Shown one piece after another: positions 11,001 through 23,080 of a DNA stretch of 64,000 bases (its first letter is position 1; each line of letters starts with the position of its first letter). The position numbers and the translations under genes were made by a program. This DNA is from Takakia lepidozioides (lineage: Eukaryota > Plantae > Bryophyta). The stretch spans positions 62,124,001-62,188,000 of the forward strand of contig CM060734.1 of NCBI GenBank assembly GCA_030704615.1, in the 5' to 3' direction. Under the pieces are notes generated by a model. That model ran no database searches, was not told where the DNA came from, and saw only the letters and a program-made list of their open reading frames with translations.

Positions 11001-14000
11001 CACCTGCTCATCAGCTGTGATTGTCCAACCAGTCACCACTTCATCCTGTAAACTCACAGTGGCTGGTTCCTCTAGGATTTCCATTTCTCCCTCTCTTTCT
11101 TCATAGAAATGTGGTGGGTAACTGCTTGTTTCACCTTCAATTGGTGTTGCTGTCACTACACCACAGCAGATACCTTTTAAACAACTTAGGCCTTCCAGCT
11201 GCATCTCTGCAACCTGCTCCCACTCTGGGTGTGCAGCGAACAGGGTAGCTTCCTGCTCCTCATCGTCCAGTCATACTCCCTGACCCCTCGAGGTCTTCTC
11301 GTAGCAGGTAATCTACTAGATTTCTTAGTGGTAATTTGTATCTTGTGCATCCCATCATGCACAGTTAGTAACTGGGAATTCCAGTCATGGAATACCCTGG
11401 CCTGTTTCAGCCACGGACGTCCCAACAATAAGGAGTAAGCTTCCATGACTTCATCCATTTTCAACACAGTTACTGTGATCATAAAGATCATCTTTTGAAT
11501 CTGTATCTTAACTCCTCTTATCAATCCCAATGGCTGTACACTTCTTTGATCTGCCATTGTTACTGTAAATGGGGCTGGTTTCATGTTACTTAGACCAAGC
11601 TTCTGCCTTAATTGGTCTGTCATGATATTCACTCCAGAGCCTCCATCTATCAGTACATCAGTTAGTTCTGTGCTTCCAATTCTCAATTGGATTACTGGCA
11701 TAGAATCATCAAAGTCCATGACTGTTTCTCGCCCTTCCGGCTTCACATTAAACTGGTCACCTTGCTGTTCAGGTCTGTGTTCCCTGTCACATGGGCAATT
11801 CGATTGATTGCTTGATACAGCCTGTGTCTACAATAAGGTGCCACAGCCAATAGCTGTCCAATGGTAATCTCCGCTTTGGACTGGCATATTACTTCAGCCA
11901 AAGTCCCTTCATACTCTGCATGTCTGCAGCTTCTTTCTTCTTCTTCATCCTCACTCACTTCCTCTTCTCTTCAGAATCAGAGGAATCTGCCATAGGAATA
12001 TCAGTACTCTTCTGCATTTCCCTTATGGTATCTGCCACTTCCTTGTGCAGTTCCTTCTCATCTCTCCAAGCCTCATCATCTTCAGGCACATCACTGCCAT
12101 CTTCATTATCATCATCTTCCCTCATCTACTGGAGGTATTAGTTTGGCTTTGCTTCTCGTTACTATCATTGTACTTACTTCTGGTACAACACATGGCCTAA
12201 CCATGTGAGCTGCCACCACTGGCCCCTCATTCACAGGAGCTCTCATCTCATTCTGGTGTCTGATCCAGAATGGACAGCTGCCTTGCGATGGCCTGCCTGA
12301 TTACAATAGTAACACAGTTCTTCCCCATTAGGTCCTCGCCCTTGTCTGTTCTGAATTGTTTCTGTAATCCTGATTCCCTGGCTGGTAATTCCCCTTGGAT
12401 TACCCTGATAGTTGCCTCTGGAATTTCCTTGGTAATTCCCTCTTGGATTACCTCTCCCTTCCATGCCATTGTTATAACCACCAGGCCTACCATAGTGGTC
12501 CTGATCACTGTTTCTTCTTGGCTGGGGCTGCACTTGATGCACACCCTTACTTGCCTAGGTTCTCTAGCTGCTGTCCTTCTGTTGTAGTAACAATTCTCAG
12601 TAGAATGGTTATCCATTTTACAGATAGTACAGTGTTTCTCCTTCATGTGGCATTCAGTGGTGGTATGGCCTTCATTCTGGCACTTTGCACACCAAACACC
12701 CTTCCTCCAATGTGTTGCAGCCTCTGTGGCATACTTCTTCAAGATTTCTTCTAATCTTTTCTCATAGTTATCCCTCTTCAACTTCTCCTTCCTCTTACTC
12801 TTCCTTTTCAGCTCTTGCTCTTCTTCCTCATCTGACTCATCCTCAGAGTCCTCATCATCCTTTTCTCTCTCCTGAGCATTCCCAATTGCTCAATTCTGTT
12901 CGCTGTTTCAAATGCCTCCTCCACTGTATTATGGGGTAACATATCCACTTTCTGCAACTCTGGTCTTAGTCCACTCACAAACCAAGTCTTCTGTAAACCT
13001 GGTGCTGGTACAGCAGCCAGCTTTTTCATCATCAATTCCATCTTTTCCATATACTCCTCAACAGTTTCATGCTTCTTTTGCTTTAACTGTTGTAAACTTC
13101 CATACACTTCATCCTCAGTTTTACTTGTCCTGAACCTATTTCGGAATGTGTATTCAAGCCATTCAGGTTAGGAAATGATTATCAGGGAATCTTGCATACC
13201 ATTCACTTGCTTTCTTGATAAGTGAACAAGGAAACAGTCTCATCTTGGCATCATCGCCATTCTCATTGTTCACATACACATGTGCTCAAATTGGCTAATG
13301 TGTACATCAGGATCCCTTTTTCCTGAATATATTGGAAAAGGTGGTTTTGCCCGTGTTGGTTGTAACGCCATCTGTGGCCCTACCTTCTGCCCACTGAGAT
13401 GCTGGCCCCCTTGCTGGTGCTGGTCCTTGAGGACCTGTTGTAGTTGTGGTGGAACTTCCACCAAGTGGTGGCCCCTGAGCACTCCCTGCTACTGGCCCCA
13501 CTATATTCACAGTATTCCCAGCTCCAGTTGCACTACTTCCCACACTCCCTGTCCCCCCAGAGCCAGATCCAGGCTGCCCGCCTGATCCCCCTGAGCCGAC
13601 ACTTCGTTGGCCTGTGATCCAAGTGCTCCACTTGATCCAGGTCCAACGGGTTGGGATGTCCTGGTTGTAGTCTCAACCTCAGCTGTTGGGTCTACTTCTT
13701 CATACTCTTCCTCTTCCAATTTCTTCTCTCTGTTTTCATCTCCAAGTTCTGCCTTGGGTTTCTTCTTTCACTCATGTAACTCAACTGCAATGGTGTTGGA
13801 GAGTCTGAACTCTCCGTTGGCTCTGCCACATCCTCCTCCTTCTTCATCTTCCGTTTCAGAAACTGGAGTTCCTGCTTTTGGTGTTCCATGCCAACTCTTA
13901 TCAAAGATTTCTGTCAAATCTTTTATCCAGGGATGTACCTCAGATCTTTCACCTCGTGGTTGATCTTCTTCCAGTACCAATTCCCTTAATCTTTCTTGCA

Positions 14001-14196
14001 AAGAAAAAGAAGGAGTGGCATCCAACTCTAGTTCTTCCGGTATGGGTGATGTACTCTCTGATCTTAATGGTGTGAGAGGTCCAGATGATTCCCCTATGTC
14101 TATTCCTCTCTCCCAAAGATATGGATAATTAGCTTTCAGATAACTTTCTCTTTTTGCTGAATATCTCTGGAGTCTAGCTTCTCTTTCATCACTCAT
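8050..14196 (-). pseudogene. gag-pol: Element B gag-pol (frameshifted)
   Basis: Three CCHC-type knuckles, protease LIDGGSGVN, RT FMDGFSGYNQ / FLDD, RNase H HCDASGEALGAVL, integrase [32 protein letters not shown]. Confidence 0.95.
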
Positions 14197-14216
14197 GTCC
14201 CATGTCTTTCATTTCT

Positions 14217-14904
14217 TTAATGTGGCAATAACCAAAACTCTCTTCTGTAGTATCTCTCGTATATGCCTGGGTTTCTTTCAAGCTTCATGCACCCTTGGCT
14301 ATACTAGAAGTCTCCGTTACCATATAACCATATGGCAAACAAGTCTGGAAAGCTGTTCTTGGTGTGAGTTTGATCCACAGAATATCCTTTGGAATCCAAT
14401 TCTTTACCAGTACAAGCTCTCATGCATATGAGTATAAACATTCACCTTCTTTCCTCCCAGCCTTCAAACTCTACTCGCTTAATGGATAGCAATGCTATCA
14501 CATAAACCAGTGTTGGTAACCAACGTGCTCTTCCTCTACAGGCCACCTGATAAATCTTTATCACCCCTTTCTCCAGACCCCACTCAGGGTCAGCATCATG
14601 CACTCTCTTAAGAATGTTTTCTTTACAACCGTCTGGCAATTCCAAGAACCTCTGAAAGAATTGTTTGGACAATCTTTCCTTCTCAGTTTCACAGGGAATT
14701 TGATTCACATCAAATTCTTTAATTCTCCAACCACCATGATCCCACAGATGCCTGTCACATCTGGTGTTCATGACCCAGTTCCCCAGTATGGTCGCCAAAT
14801 GTCGACGGCTTTTACTCACCCATCCCTTCGCTATCCGAGGTGAAACTCCAAGATAGAAGAGTTGGATATCTCTAAGCACTCAGCCTGCCAGAACAATCAG
14901 TCAT
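14217..14904 (-). pseudogene. Element B 5' extra ORF (ORF0) upstream of gag
   Basis: Same peptide as the open ORF 62590..63285 in G (WDHGGWRIKEFDVNQIPC...). Confidence 0.6.
14780..14797 (-). promoter_or_regulatory. Primer-binding site TGGCGACCATACTGGGGA, probably tRNA-Arg
   Basis: Starts 2 nt inside the 5' LTR end and resembles Arg-type PBS (TGGCGACTCCACTGGGGA). Same motif at 40241-40258 (one G fewer) and 62700-62717. Confidence 0.8.
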
Positions 14905-15619
14905 GACCTGCACTAGTGAATCATGGTTGTGCTTCCTATTTGTATTCCTTCTTGCCTTCATGTTAATTTACCTTCCGTGTATACTGAAGCATCAGATTGC
15001 TTCAGTATCTACTAAGTTCCAATTAATCATGCATTCATTCCACAGCTTCACTCATGTCTCTCTACACAGTGTGATTGTATCGAATAAGTATCAGATTATG
15101 ATTTATCAGGTATCAGGCCAATGCCATGGTGACTCTAATCTGCCCTACAGTATCACTACAGTTTTGCATGTACAAGCATCTACTGTTCATCTCCCTTTCT
15201 TGCTCTCCGCCTGATCTCCTCTCATGCATGACCAAGAACCCCTTCCCGTGAAGTGCCCCCTTCCTGTTGCCGCTCTCTTTCATCTACCCCCAAGCTGTTC
15301 TAACCACCTAACTAACTAACCGTCACCCCTGAAATAACACGTTCCCCCTGCAGATGTCGTTCCCACACAGTCGTTCCCTGTCAATGATAACTGTTCCCCA
15401 TGTACTATGACAGGCTGTGTCAAACTATGCCGAGCTGTGAGTGGCTGTGTCGGGCTGTGCGAAGCTGTGGCGGCTGTGTAAAGCTGTGTTGGGCTGTGTA
15501 ACCCCCCTAAAGCCTGCTGCTGCCACCCCTAAGGCTCCTGTTGGTCTCAGTCTGCGCAAAAATTAAGGGTACCCCACAGAGCCCATAAAAGCGTCTAAGT
15601 CCCAAGCAACCCTCTAACA
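14800..15619 (-). repeat. Element B 5' LTR (820 bp)
   Basis: Direct repeat of 2733-3678 with a shorter minisatellite. Confidence 0.95.
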
Positions 15620-16310
15620 ACTTGGTGATAGCTGGATGGCCTTTCCAAGGACACTCTCCCGCACGTCATGGGACTGGCTTGCATGATGCACGATCGCATT
15701 TGTTTTGGGAGATGTTGCGAGTGTTGCGTGACTTGCAGGTGAGGCAAGTGCAACCTCCAGCTTACATCCTAGAGAATGATCATCTCATGGGGGATTCTCA
15801 GGCCAGGATTATGGCCAGTGTGCATCAGATCCGGTCATGGATTGGACTAGCTGTATTGTTGGATGCAGCTGCAGTGGGTTCACGGGCACATAGACCTAGG
15901 TTGTGGTGGACCAATCTTGCACCACCAGAGTTGCTCAAGAGAGCCTATGATTCCATTCAACGGCCACCCAACCTCACGGTTGAGGGCATTTTGGACCAAG
16001 GGAGGCAACCACAGAGGGTGCGACATGATGACCATCCACCTCTAGCAGTGGTAAATCGAGTGGGGTAGCCACGTGCAGCCTTGCCTACGCTCATGAGCTT
16101 TCCTTCGTCTCATGCTTTTAGAGACAATGGTCCTGGGTTGATTTGGGACAGTGTTGCTGGTGGAGCCCAATGCGGATGAGCGAGAGCGGGCAATGGGATT
16201 TGCCACGGGCACTACAGCTGTGCCAGCTCTGGCAGAAGCATCACGACGTCAGGTGTTGGGTCAGGCAATGGATCTCAATTGCTTGACATGGGTCATTGGC
16301 TTGTGCATGG
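15620..16310 (+). pseudogene. Element A DNMT3-like C5 cytosine methyltransferase, C-terminal half (motifs IV-X)
   Basis: LVIAGWPFQGHS (IV, Cys codon reads TTC at 15643-15645), GLHDARSHLFWE (V), YILEND (VI), LLDAAAVGSRAHRPRLWWTNL (VIII; DNMT3 IDAKEVSAAHRARYFWGNL), ERERAMGF (IX), RRQVLGQAMDL (X). Stop at 16066 and a frameshift near 16150. Confidence 0.9.
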
Positions 16311-16837
16311 TTGAGCAACGGAGATTGCAAGCATTAGCGGCTACTTCTACACTTCCATTGGATATTGCACCATCTCTGCCAACCTGGACTGTGGAGGCAG
16401 TGAGTGGGGGCGAGCACAGGATCATGGGGTGCAAACACTCATGGCAGATGTGGGATGAGATGCGCAAAGAGAGAGTCATTGGATCTCTCAAGCAGCAGTA
16501 TGAGGAGTGGGGAGAGCCATGGATTGAGGATCAGTTGGAGGCCAAGGTGGCCAAGGTTTTTGAAGAGGTTGAGAATGTTTCTTGCTCAGAGGATGTTCTC
16601 AAGGTGGCTATGGCGGAGCAAGTGGAGGCTACGCCACTGTCAGATTGGGCGGACAAGGCCTAAGAGGTTGCTACCTAGCAACCAAAGGATTCGCCTCCTA
16701 CCTCCAAGCCTGGTGTACCCAAGGTTGCAGTCACTGAGGACAATTGGGAACCAGATGTTGGACCTATAGTCACCGGAGGAGAGAAACGGAGGATCCAGCG
16801 ATTTCTAAGGGCTTATAGAAATTGCTTTGCCTTCAGT

Positions 16838-18170
16838 TTGAAGGATTTGGGGAGTTTGAAGGGTCAGGAGATTTGTATTGATTTGGCAAGTGACACGCCA
16901 ATCTTTCGAAGGCCCTATAGGTATAGTGATATGGAGAGGTCTTTGATCCAATCACGGATTATGGATTTGTTCGAAGCTGGATTGATGGAGTTGTCAGGCG
17001 GGGAGTATGCCTCGGCAACGGTGATGCCAGCTAAGAAGGATATCTATGGCAATTGGACAGAAAGGAGGATGTGTGGGGACTACCGTCCTGTGAACCGTCA
17101 GACTAAGTCCGATAGATATGCCATGCCAACTCCAGAAGAGATCTTTGATGCTATTGGGCATGCAAAGGTGTTTAGTACATTGGACTTGCGATCCGGTTAC
17201 CACCAGTTGCCAATCAAAGAGGCTGACAAGCAAAAGACGGCATTCTGGGGGATTGACCAACATGGAAGGATTGCTTATATCAATGGCGGTTCCTACCGTT
17301 TGGGTTGAAGAATGCTCCTGCAGAGTTTCAGAGGGTCATGGATAGGATTCTTGCGGGGCTAGACTTCGCCCGGTGCTACATTGATGACATCATCATCTTT
17401 AGTGCTACGATTGAGGAGCACGAGAGACCCCTTCAGATGGTGTTTGAGCGCATAAGAGCGCATGGGTTGAAATTGCACCCTCGGAAGTGCAAGTTCTTCC
17501 ACAACCAGATTGAGTATCTGGGCCACATGATATACCCTAGAGGATTGGGTGTTCAAAAGACGAAGGTGGAGGCCATTGCACGCATTCCACGCCCCATCGA
17601 TGTTAGCAGAGTTCGTGCTTTCATGGGGTTGGCAAACTACTATCGACGGTTTGTCAAGGGATTTAGCAGCATTGCAAAGGCTCTTACCAAGTTGACCAAG
17701 GTGGGTCAGGAGTGGCAGTGGGAGGAGGAGAAGGAGGAAGTCTTTGAGGAACTCAAGGCTCGATTGACTTCTGTGCCTATTCTGAGGCAGCCTATTCGGG
17801 GGCGGTCTTTCCAGCTACATACGGATTGGAGTATGTTGGGGATTGGAGCAGTGCTCACACAGGTGGATGATGAGGGAAGAGAGTTCGTCGTGGCATATGC
17901 TAGCCGCTCGAACAATGATGCTGAGACGAAGTATAGTTCCTATGAAGGGGAGTGTCTGGCTGTAGTATGGGCAGTGACACATTTTAGATGCTACCTCTAT
18001 GGCAATCTCTTCACCCTTGTCACGGATCACCAACCATTGAAGTGGTTGATGGAGTCAGACAAGCTTACAGGGAAGCTTACACGATAGGCACTTACGCTTC
18101 AAGAGTACGACTTCCAGGTGGTACATTGAGCCGGTATAGTCAATCGGGATGCAGATGGATTGAGTTGTAA
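16838..18170 (+). pseudogene. pol: Element A reverse transcriptase and RNase H
   Basis: RMCGDYRPVN, STLDLRSGYHQ, KNAPAEFQR, YIDD; RNase H LHTDWS...VAYASR...YSSYEGECLAVVWAV...TDHQPLKWL. One frameshift and premature stops. Confidence 0.95.
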
Positions 18171-18499
18171 TCTATGCACGAGCGAGCATGATAATACTGG
18201 AGCTCGGTGGCATGGTGAGACGGATGAGGACATGGTGCCAGGATGACATACATCTGTCTTTTTGTGCATCCTAGCAATGGGAGCTCAAGCTAGTCCATCC
18301 CATGTGATAAGTCATGTAGATAACGTGCATGACGATCCAAAGACTAGTGAGGAGTTTGGTGGTGCTAAAGATGTGCATGAAGATGCAGCAGTGTTGGCAT
18401 ACCTTTGTACCGGAGAAACAGCAGCCAGTGTGACTGCTAAGGAGAGAGATCGGGGTCCTACAACGAGCCAAGAGATTCAAGTGGGAGGGGACTCACCTA

Positions 18500-19816
18500 C
18501 TCCGAGTAAGGGAGGATGGACGAATGAGGATTGTGCCTCATCCAACACAACGAACGCGATTGATACGCCATGCCCATGAGGAGTTGGGACATTTTGGGGT
18601 GCGGCGCACTTTTAGTTTGCTGCAAGGACAGTATTGGTGGCGGGGCATGCACACGGATGTGTAATTGTTAGTGACAAGGTGCATGGTGTGTGATAGAGTG
18701 CGGGCTTCTTTCAATGCACCTACTCCACAATTGCATCCCTTACCCATTATGGGTTTGGGCTATCGTTGGAGTCTTGACTTCGCAGGCCCATTGCCACTAA
18801 CTATTCGTCATAATAAGTATGTGCTGGTGATGGTGGAACATTTCTCCAAATGGATTGAACTGGTGGTATTGCCTGACAAGGCAAGTGAGGGGGCTGCGTA
18901 TGCATTCTTAGATCGAGTGCTTAGCCAATTTGGTGCTCCAGCCGAGGTACTCACGGACCAGAGGAGAGAATTCTTGGGGGAGTTTCAGGCTTTGTGTGAG
19001 CAAGCCTTGATAGATCACCGCACTACTTCTCGGGATCATCCCGAGGCTGATGGCTTGGCCGAGAGGGTTGTGCAAACAGTCAAGCAAGGCTTGCGCAAGT
19101 ATGGCTTACAGAAGGGACACTTGGGAGATTGGGACCTTCAGCTACCTTGGTTGGCCATGGGCTACAGGTTTAGCAAACAAGCATCACTTGCCTCGTTCTC
19201 GCCTTATTTTGATCTCTTTGGCCGCGAACTAGATTTGCCTACATCTATTCGCAGGGAGACTGCAGTAGTCCTCAACCTTGATGATCCGGATGTGTGGACA
19301 CAAGCATGTGACCAACGGGCAGAGTTGTTCAAGAGAGTCATGCCTATGGCTTTTGCGAACCTTGTTATTGCCCAACACCGAGACACATTGAGGTACACCA
19401 CTCTACGTGGAGGGGGATATCGGCTAGGTGTTTGGCGTTTCCATCCTGGGGACTATGTGTATCTGCAGCAGACAACGCCTACGACCTTGGATGGCATAAC
19501 AAGACGTGTGATTCTAAGGGTCCGGGAGGTGTTGCCTTCAGGAGTGTTGATTCTGGAGGGTCGAGATGGCATGGTATGGAAGGACCATGTGCGCAATTGT
19601 GCGCCATGTCACCTTCCACATGTGAATGGGAGGATAGATCCCAACCTTGCAGTGGTACCTGCGGGGTTGCGTTGCATGCTATGTGGGCATGCTAGTGGTG
19701 CCGCGACCATGTTGGTGTGTGACAAATGCTCAAGGGGGTGGCACATGGGATGCTTGACACCACCAGTTGAGGAGGTTCCTAGTGGAGAATGGTTATGTCC
19801 ACGATGCCTTGGATAG
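18500..19816 (+). pseudogene. Element A integrase (HHCC + DDE) with C-terminal PHD finger
   Basis: HEELGHFG...CMVC, WSLDFAG, VLTDQ, DGLAER. Complete C4-H-C3 finger CMLC...CDKC...WHMGCLTPP..VPSGEWLCPRC at 19673-19809. Confidence 0.93.
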
Positions 19817-20080
19817 AGGTAGTGGGGCATGACAATGGTGAGGTTGACAAGTGATCCAAGGTCTAGCTAACGGGAGTTCAATGCCATGGACACCCAATTG
19901 AAGCCATGGATTGCAGGAAGGCGAGTAACGATGAGGCTACTTTTGCACCCCGGCCTCTTGATCTATTGCCTTCAGATACTGGGACTTGGGCGATTGATGA
20001 CCAAGCGATGATCTTATTGGGATGGATACTTGTCAGCTATCCGGTGTTAGAGGGACCTAATCACCAGCTAGGGGGGCGAT

Positions 20081-20570
20081 TGTGGTATAGCTTTCTAGGA
20101 TTGTGTGCTTATATTGTGTGGGGGACAACGATGTATGTTGTGGCACGATGCTTAGGTGCACGACAGCTGTCATGGTTTTAGTCATTGTTATCTAGAATTA
20201 CCTACTTCTAGTTAACTAGGACATTTTAGATATTTATATTTATATTTTGTGTGTTGGGACTTCATTTGGTCTCACGTGCCAAATGAGGTATCGAGCCTCA
20301 CTTGGGACATGGGGATAGGTTTTCTCTTGTGAGGATGGAGGAGGCTCATCTTCTTGTAGTTGAGCCTCCATGAACCTCTCTCACCTCCATAACTCTAGGT
20401 ATTGAGAGGGAGTGTGGTGAGGGCTTTGTAGGGTGGATTCCCTTAGCAAGGGTGCCCTTGGCTTGACTTAGTTTATGTGATTGATTGTGGTATAGCTTTC
20501 TAGGATTGTGTGCTTAGATTGTGTGGTGGACAACGATGTATGTTGTGGCACGATGCTTAGGTGCACGACA
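20081..20570 (+). repeat. Element A 3' LTR (TGTGGT...ACGACA) with an 85-bp direct repeat at both ends; PPT immediately upstream
   Basis: AGGGGGGCGAT directly precedes TG at 20081. 20081-20165 is nearly identical to 20486-20570, and unrelated CACTA-like sequence follows. Confidence 0.7.
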
Positions 20571-21234
20571 ATAACAGAGTATAGCAAACCAAATCACTAT
20601 GTCTGCATAGTGTTGGTCGGTACCGGCCATCAGTCTGTCTTGTCTCAAATCACAGTGATTGGCCGTACCGACAATCACAACCATGTACACTAGCAAACCT
20701 GATACAGACGAATGCAAACCAAATCACTATAACTGCATAGTGATGGTCAATACTGACCATCACTCTCTTTCTACGCATGCAGGTACATGAAGGTCTCAAG
20801 GAGCAGCGAATGATGTTAACGACAATCAGAAAACACTACACTAGATACTGATAAGATGGGTTTGGTGCAAATCAATATTTCTCATAGTGATTGGTGGCAC
20901 CGACACTCACTTTAGTTTGTATCAGAAAGTGAGTGGAATGCAAATTGTATGAAATGCAAGAAATATAACTTTTGAAAGGAAAGCGATTGGCGTTACCGAC
21001 AATCACTTCTACCTGCTGCAGAAAACAAGAAACAGAGTGTTGGAAAGAAAATCAGTATGACTCTATGGTGATGGTCGTGTGATGGTCGTTACAGACCATC
21101 ACTATTTCTTGTTTCATAGGAATGTACATGGCAACTATTTTTATACATGAAGGTACAGTATGGTCTCAAGATAAGTGATTGGAGGTACCGCCAATCACAA
21201 ACAACTAGTCTCGAAAACCTGAAACAAAAAAAAT
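20571..21234. mobile_element. CACTA-like subterminal repeat region (host site of element A)
   Basis: Repeated short palindromes of the type GTGATTGG..TACCGACAATCAC and CACTAT..ATAGTG; no terminal TIR visible. Confidence 0.45.
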
Positions 21235-21878
21235 CACTAGAAGAAAAACGCGGAATACACACTGGCCCTTTAACCACTACTGTCTTTTCTCACTCAATAA
21301 ACCACTAGTAATCACTTGCCAGTGGTTAATTCCGATGAAATGCCACGGTGGCATCACATATAGTGGTTGGAAGTGGTTTGAACCACTCAGTATTCCACAT
21401 GTAATAATTTATTTTTATTTTTTATTTTTTATTTGGTAATATATTTTAATTAATATATATTATATTCCACGTGGATGGGGTGCAGTGGTAGATTGTGAGT
21501 GGTTATAGACACCTCAGTGATGGGAAGTGGTGGAAACCACTTGCTACTCCACGTGTATTAATTCAAATTTTATTTATGATTTATGATTTGAAAATCTATT
21601 TTAATTAATATAATATAATATTCCACGTGGACGGGAACAGTGCACGTTGATCTTGAGTGGTTAAAGACACCTTATTGATTTGCACCACTTTGACTGTGAT
21701 GGAGAGTGGGTGGTGAAAGACACCGCAGTAATTGGAACCACAATTCTAGTGGTCGCGCATGAGTGGTTGCCTACACAATAGTGATTGGTACCACTTCTGT
21801 GGTGATATGTGAAAAACTTTAAGTGGTTTGTGTACCTGTGACAGATTTGAAAAACAGACAAGTGTTCATACCATTGTA
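21235..21878 (+). mobile_element. CACTA transposon 5' end
   Basis: Begins CACTAGAAGAAAAACG, with many ACCACT/AGTGGT subterminal repeats and an internal duplication; no partner TIR. Confidence 0.65.
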
Positions 21879-23080
21879 CACTACAACACACCTCGGTTTT
21901 TTCAACCTGTCAATTTGACGATTTTTTTTTTTTACTGTTGTCATTTATTTTTTTCCAACCATTCCATAGTAAAAAATATATAATATTAAAACATTCAACA
22001 TAGTACACGATAGTGAAATAGTTTCACTATTTCAGGGCCATAATTGCGAGAGACTTTGACTACCTAAATCAACTGACTGACACAACCATTTAAACCATGA
22101 CACGTGCATTTGCAACATATTTATTATTTATATATTAATGTGGATAAGTAAGTAGTAAAAAGTTTGCCTATACTTTCACCGGAATTTTATACTTTCCACA
22201 TTGTGGTGTATGGGTTTAGTTAGTACTCCACTGCAAACGGAATAAATCATGAACTTCGAAAATCTGCCCTCGGAAAGATGAAGAGGTGGTCGTCGCACTT
22301 TGCAATGTAAACCGAATGCAATGCAAGCTTAACAATCCTCATATTATGATTGAAGGGAGTCAAACTAAGTGTGGCCATATCAGTGCAGGGACATGAATAC
22401 GAATCATTCAACATTGTAAAATGAAAACGGGGTACAGCTAGTACACGGTACCTTTAAAACAGAGTGCAAAAGGTTTTAAGAAAATTGCAAAAGTTGCTTA
22501 TAGGGTTTGCAAAAAGTTAAAAAAATTAAAAAGTTGCCATCCCAGTAGCCGTGAACAGAGGGCTGGGACTTAGAGCAGTGAGCGGCAAGGAGGGAGAGAG
22601 AGAGGGCTGCGACTTAGAGCGAGCGAGCGGGAGGGAGGGCAAACATGGGAGGCCCGCAGTTGGAGCAACCTTCGCATCTGAAGCAAGCGACAAACACTAG
22701 GGTATGTGTGCGAGGAGGTGTTCGCTGAGAGCTCACCCTTGGGGAGAGTCAGCTTGGTCTTAGGTCGAGGACAGTGAGGGCACCTTCTTCTTCGACCTAT
22801 TTCAGCCTGTTTTGCGCTCTCATCATACTCAGCCCTGAGTTTGCAGCACGGAGTAGAGCTGGCATGAGTTTTTAAAGATCCTTCAAGATGGTGGGACAAC
22901 CGCAATCACAAGCGCACCCTATTCCATCGTTGCATGGGAAGCAGCTTCGCACCATCGCTACTCTGTTCCCCCTCTGTGTGCTGGCCAAGACTGGCCCACA
23001 ACCGTCTGCTCCCTCCCAATCTTCCCGCCACATCCAGTCGATTCCGAGTTTGTTTTTGGTAGTCAGAAGCTGGAAGGAAA
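21879..23080 (+). mobile_element. CACTA 5' end related to the 23081 element, carrying an OSB-like exon fragment
   Basis: Begins CACTACAACA. 22460-22720 is paralogous to 23520-23980. A W..F.KDPSRWWDNR-type exon lies at ~22848-22912. Confidence 0.6.

Larger units (their letters stand above)
2733..15619 (-). mobile_element. Element B: full-length non-chromovirus Ty3/Gypsy (Athila/Phygy/Selgy-like) retrotransposon
   Basis: Two TG..CA LTRs, TSD ACTTG (2728-2732 and 15620-15624), PBS, PPT, and PR-RT-RH-INT order. Confidence 0.97.
490..20570 (+). mobile_element. Element A: degenerate Ty3/Gypsy LTR retrotransposon, gag-PR-DNMT3-like MTase-RT-RH-INT-PHD, interrupted by element B
   Basis: Collinear domains lie on + either side of B, followed by a PPT and a TG..CA 3' LTR. 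The 5' LTR is outside the window. Confidence 0.9.
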
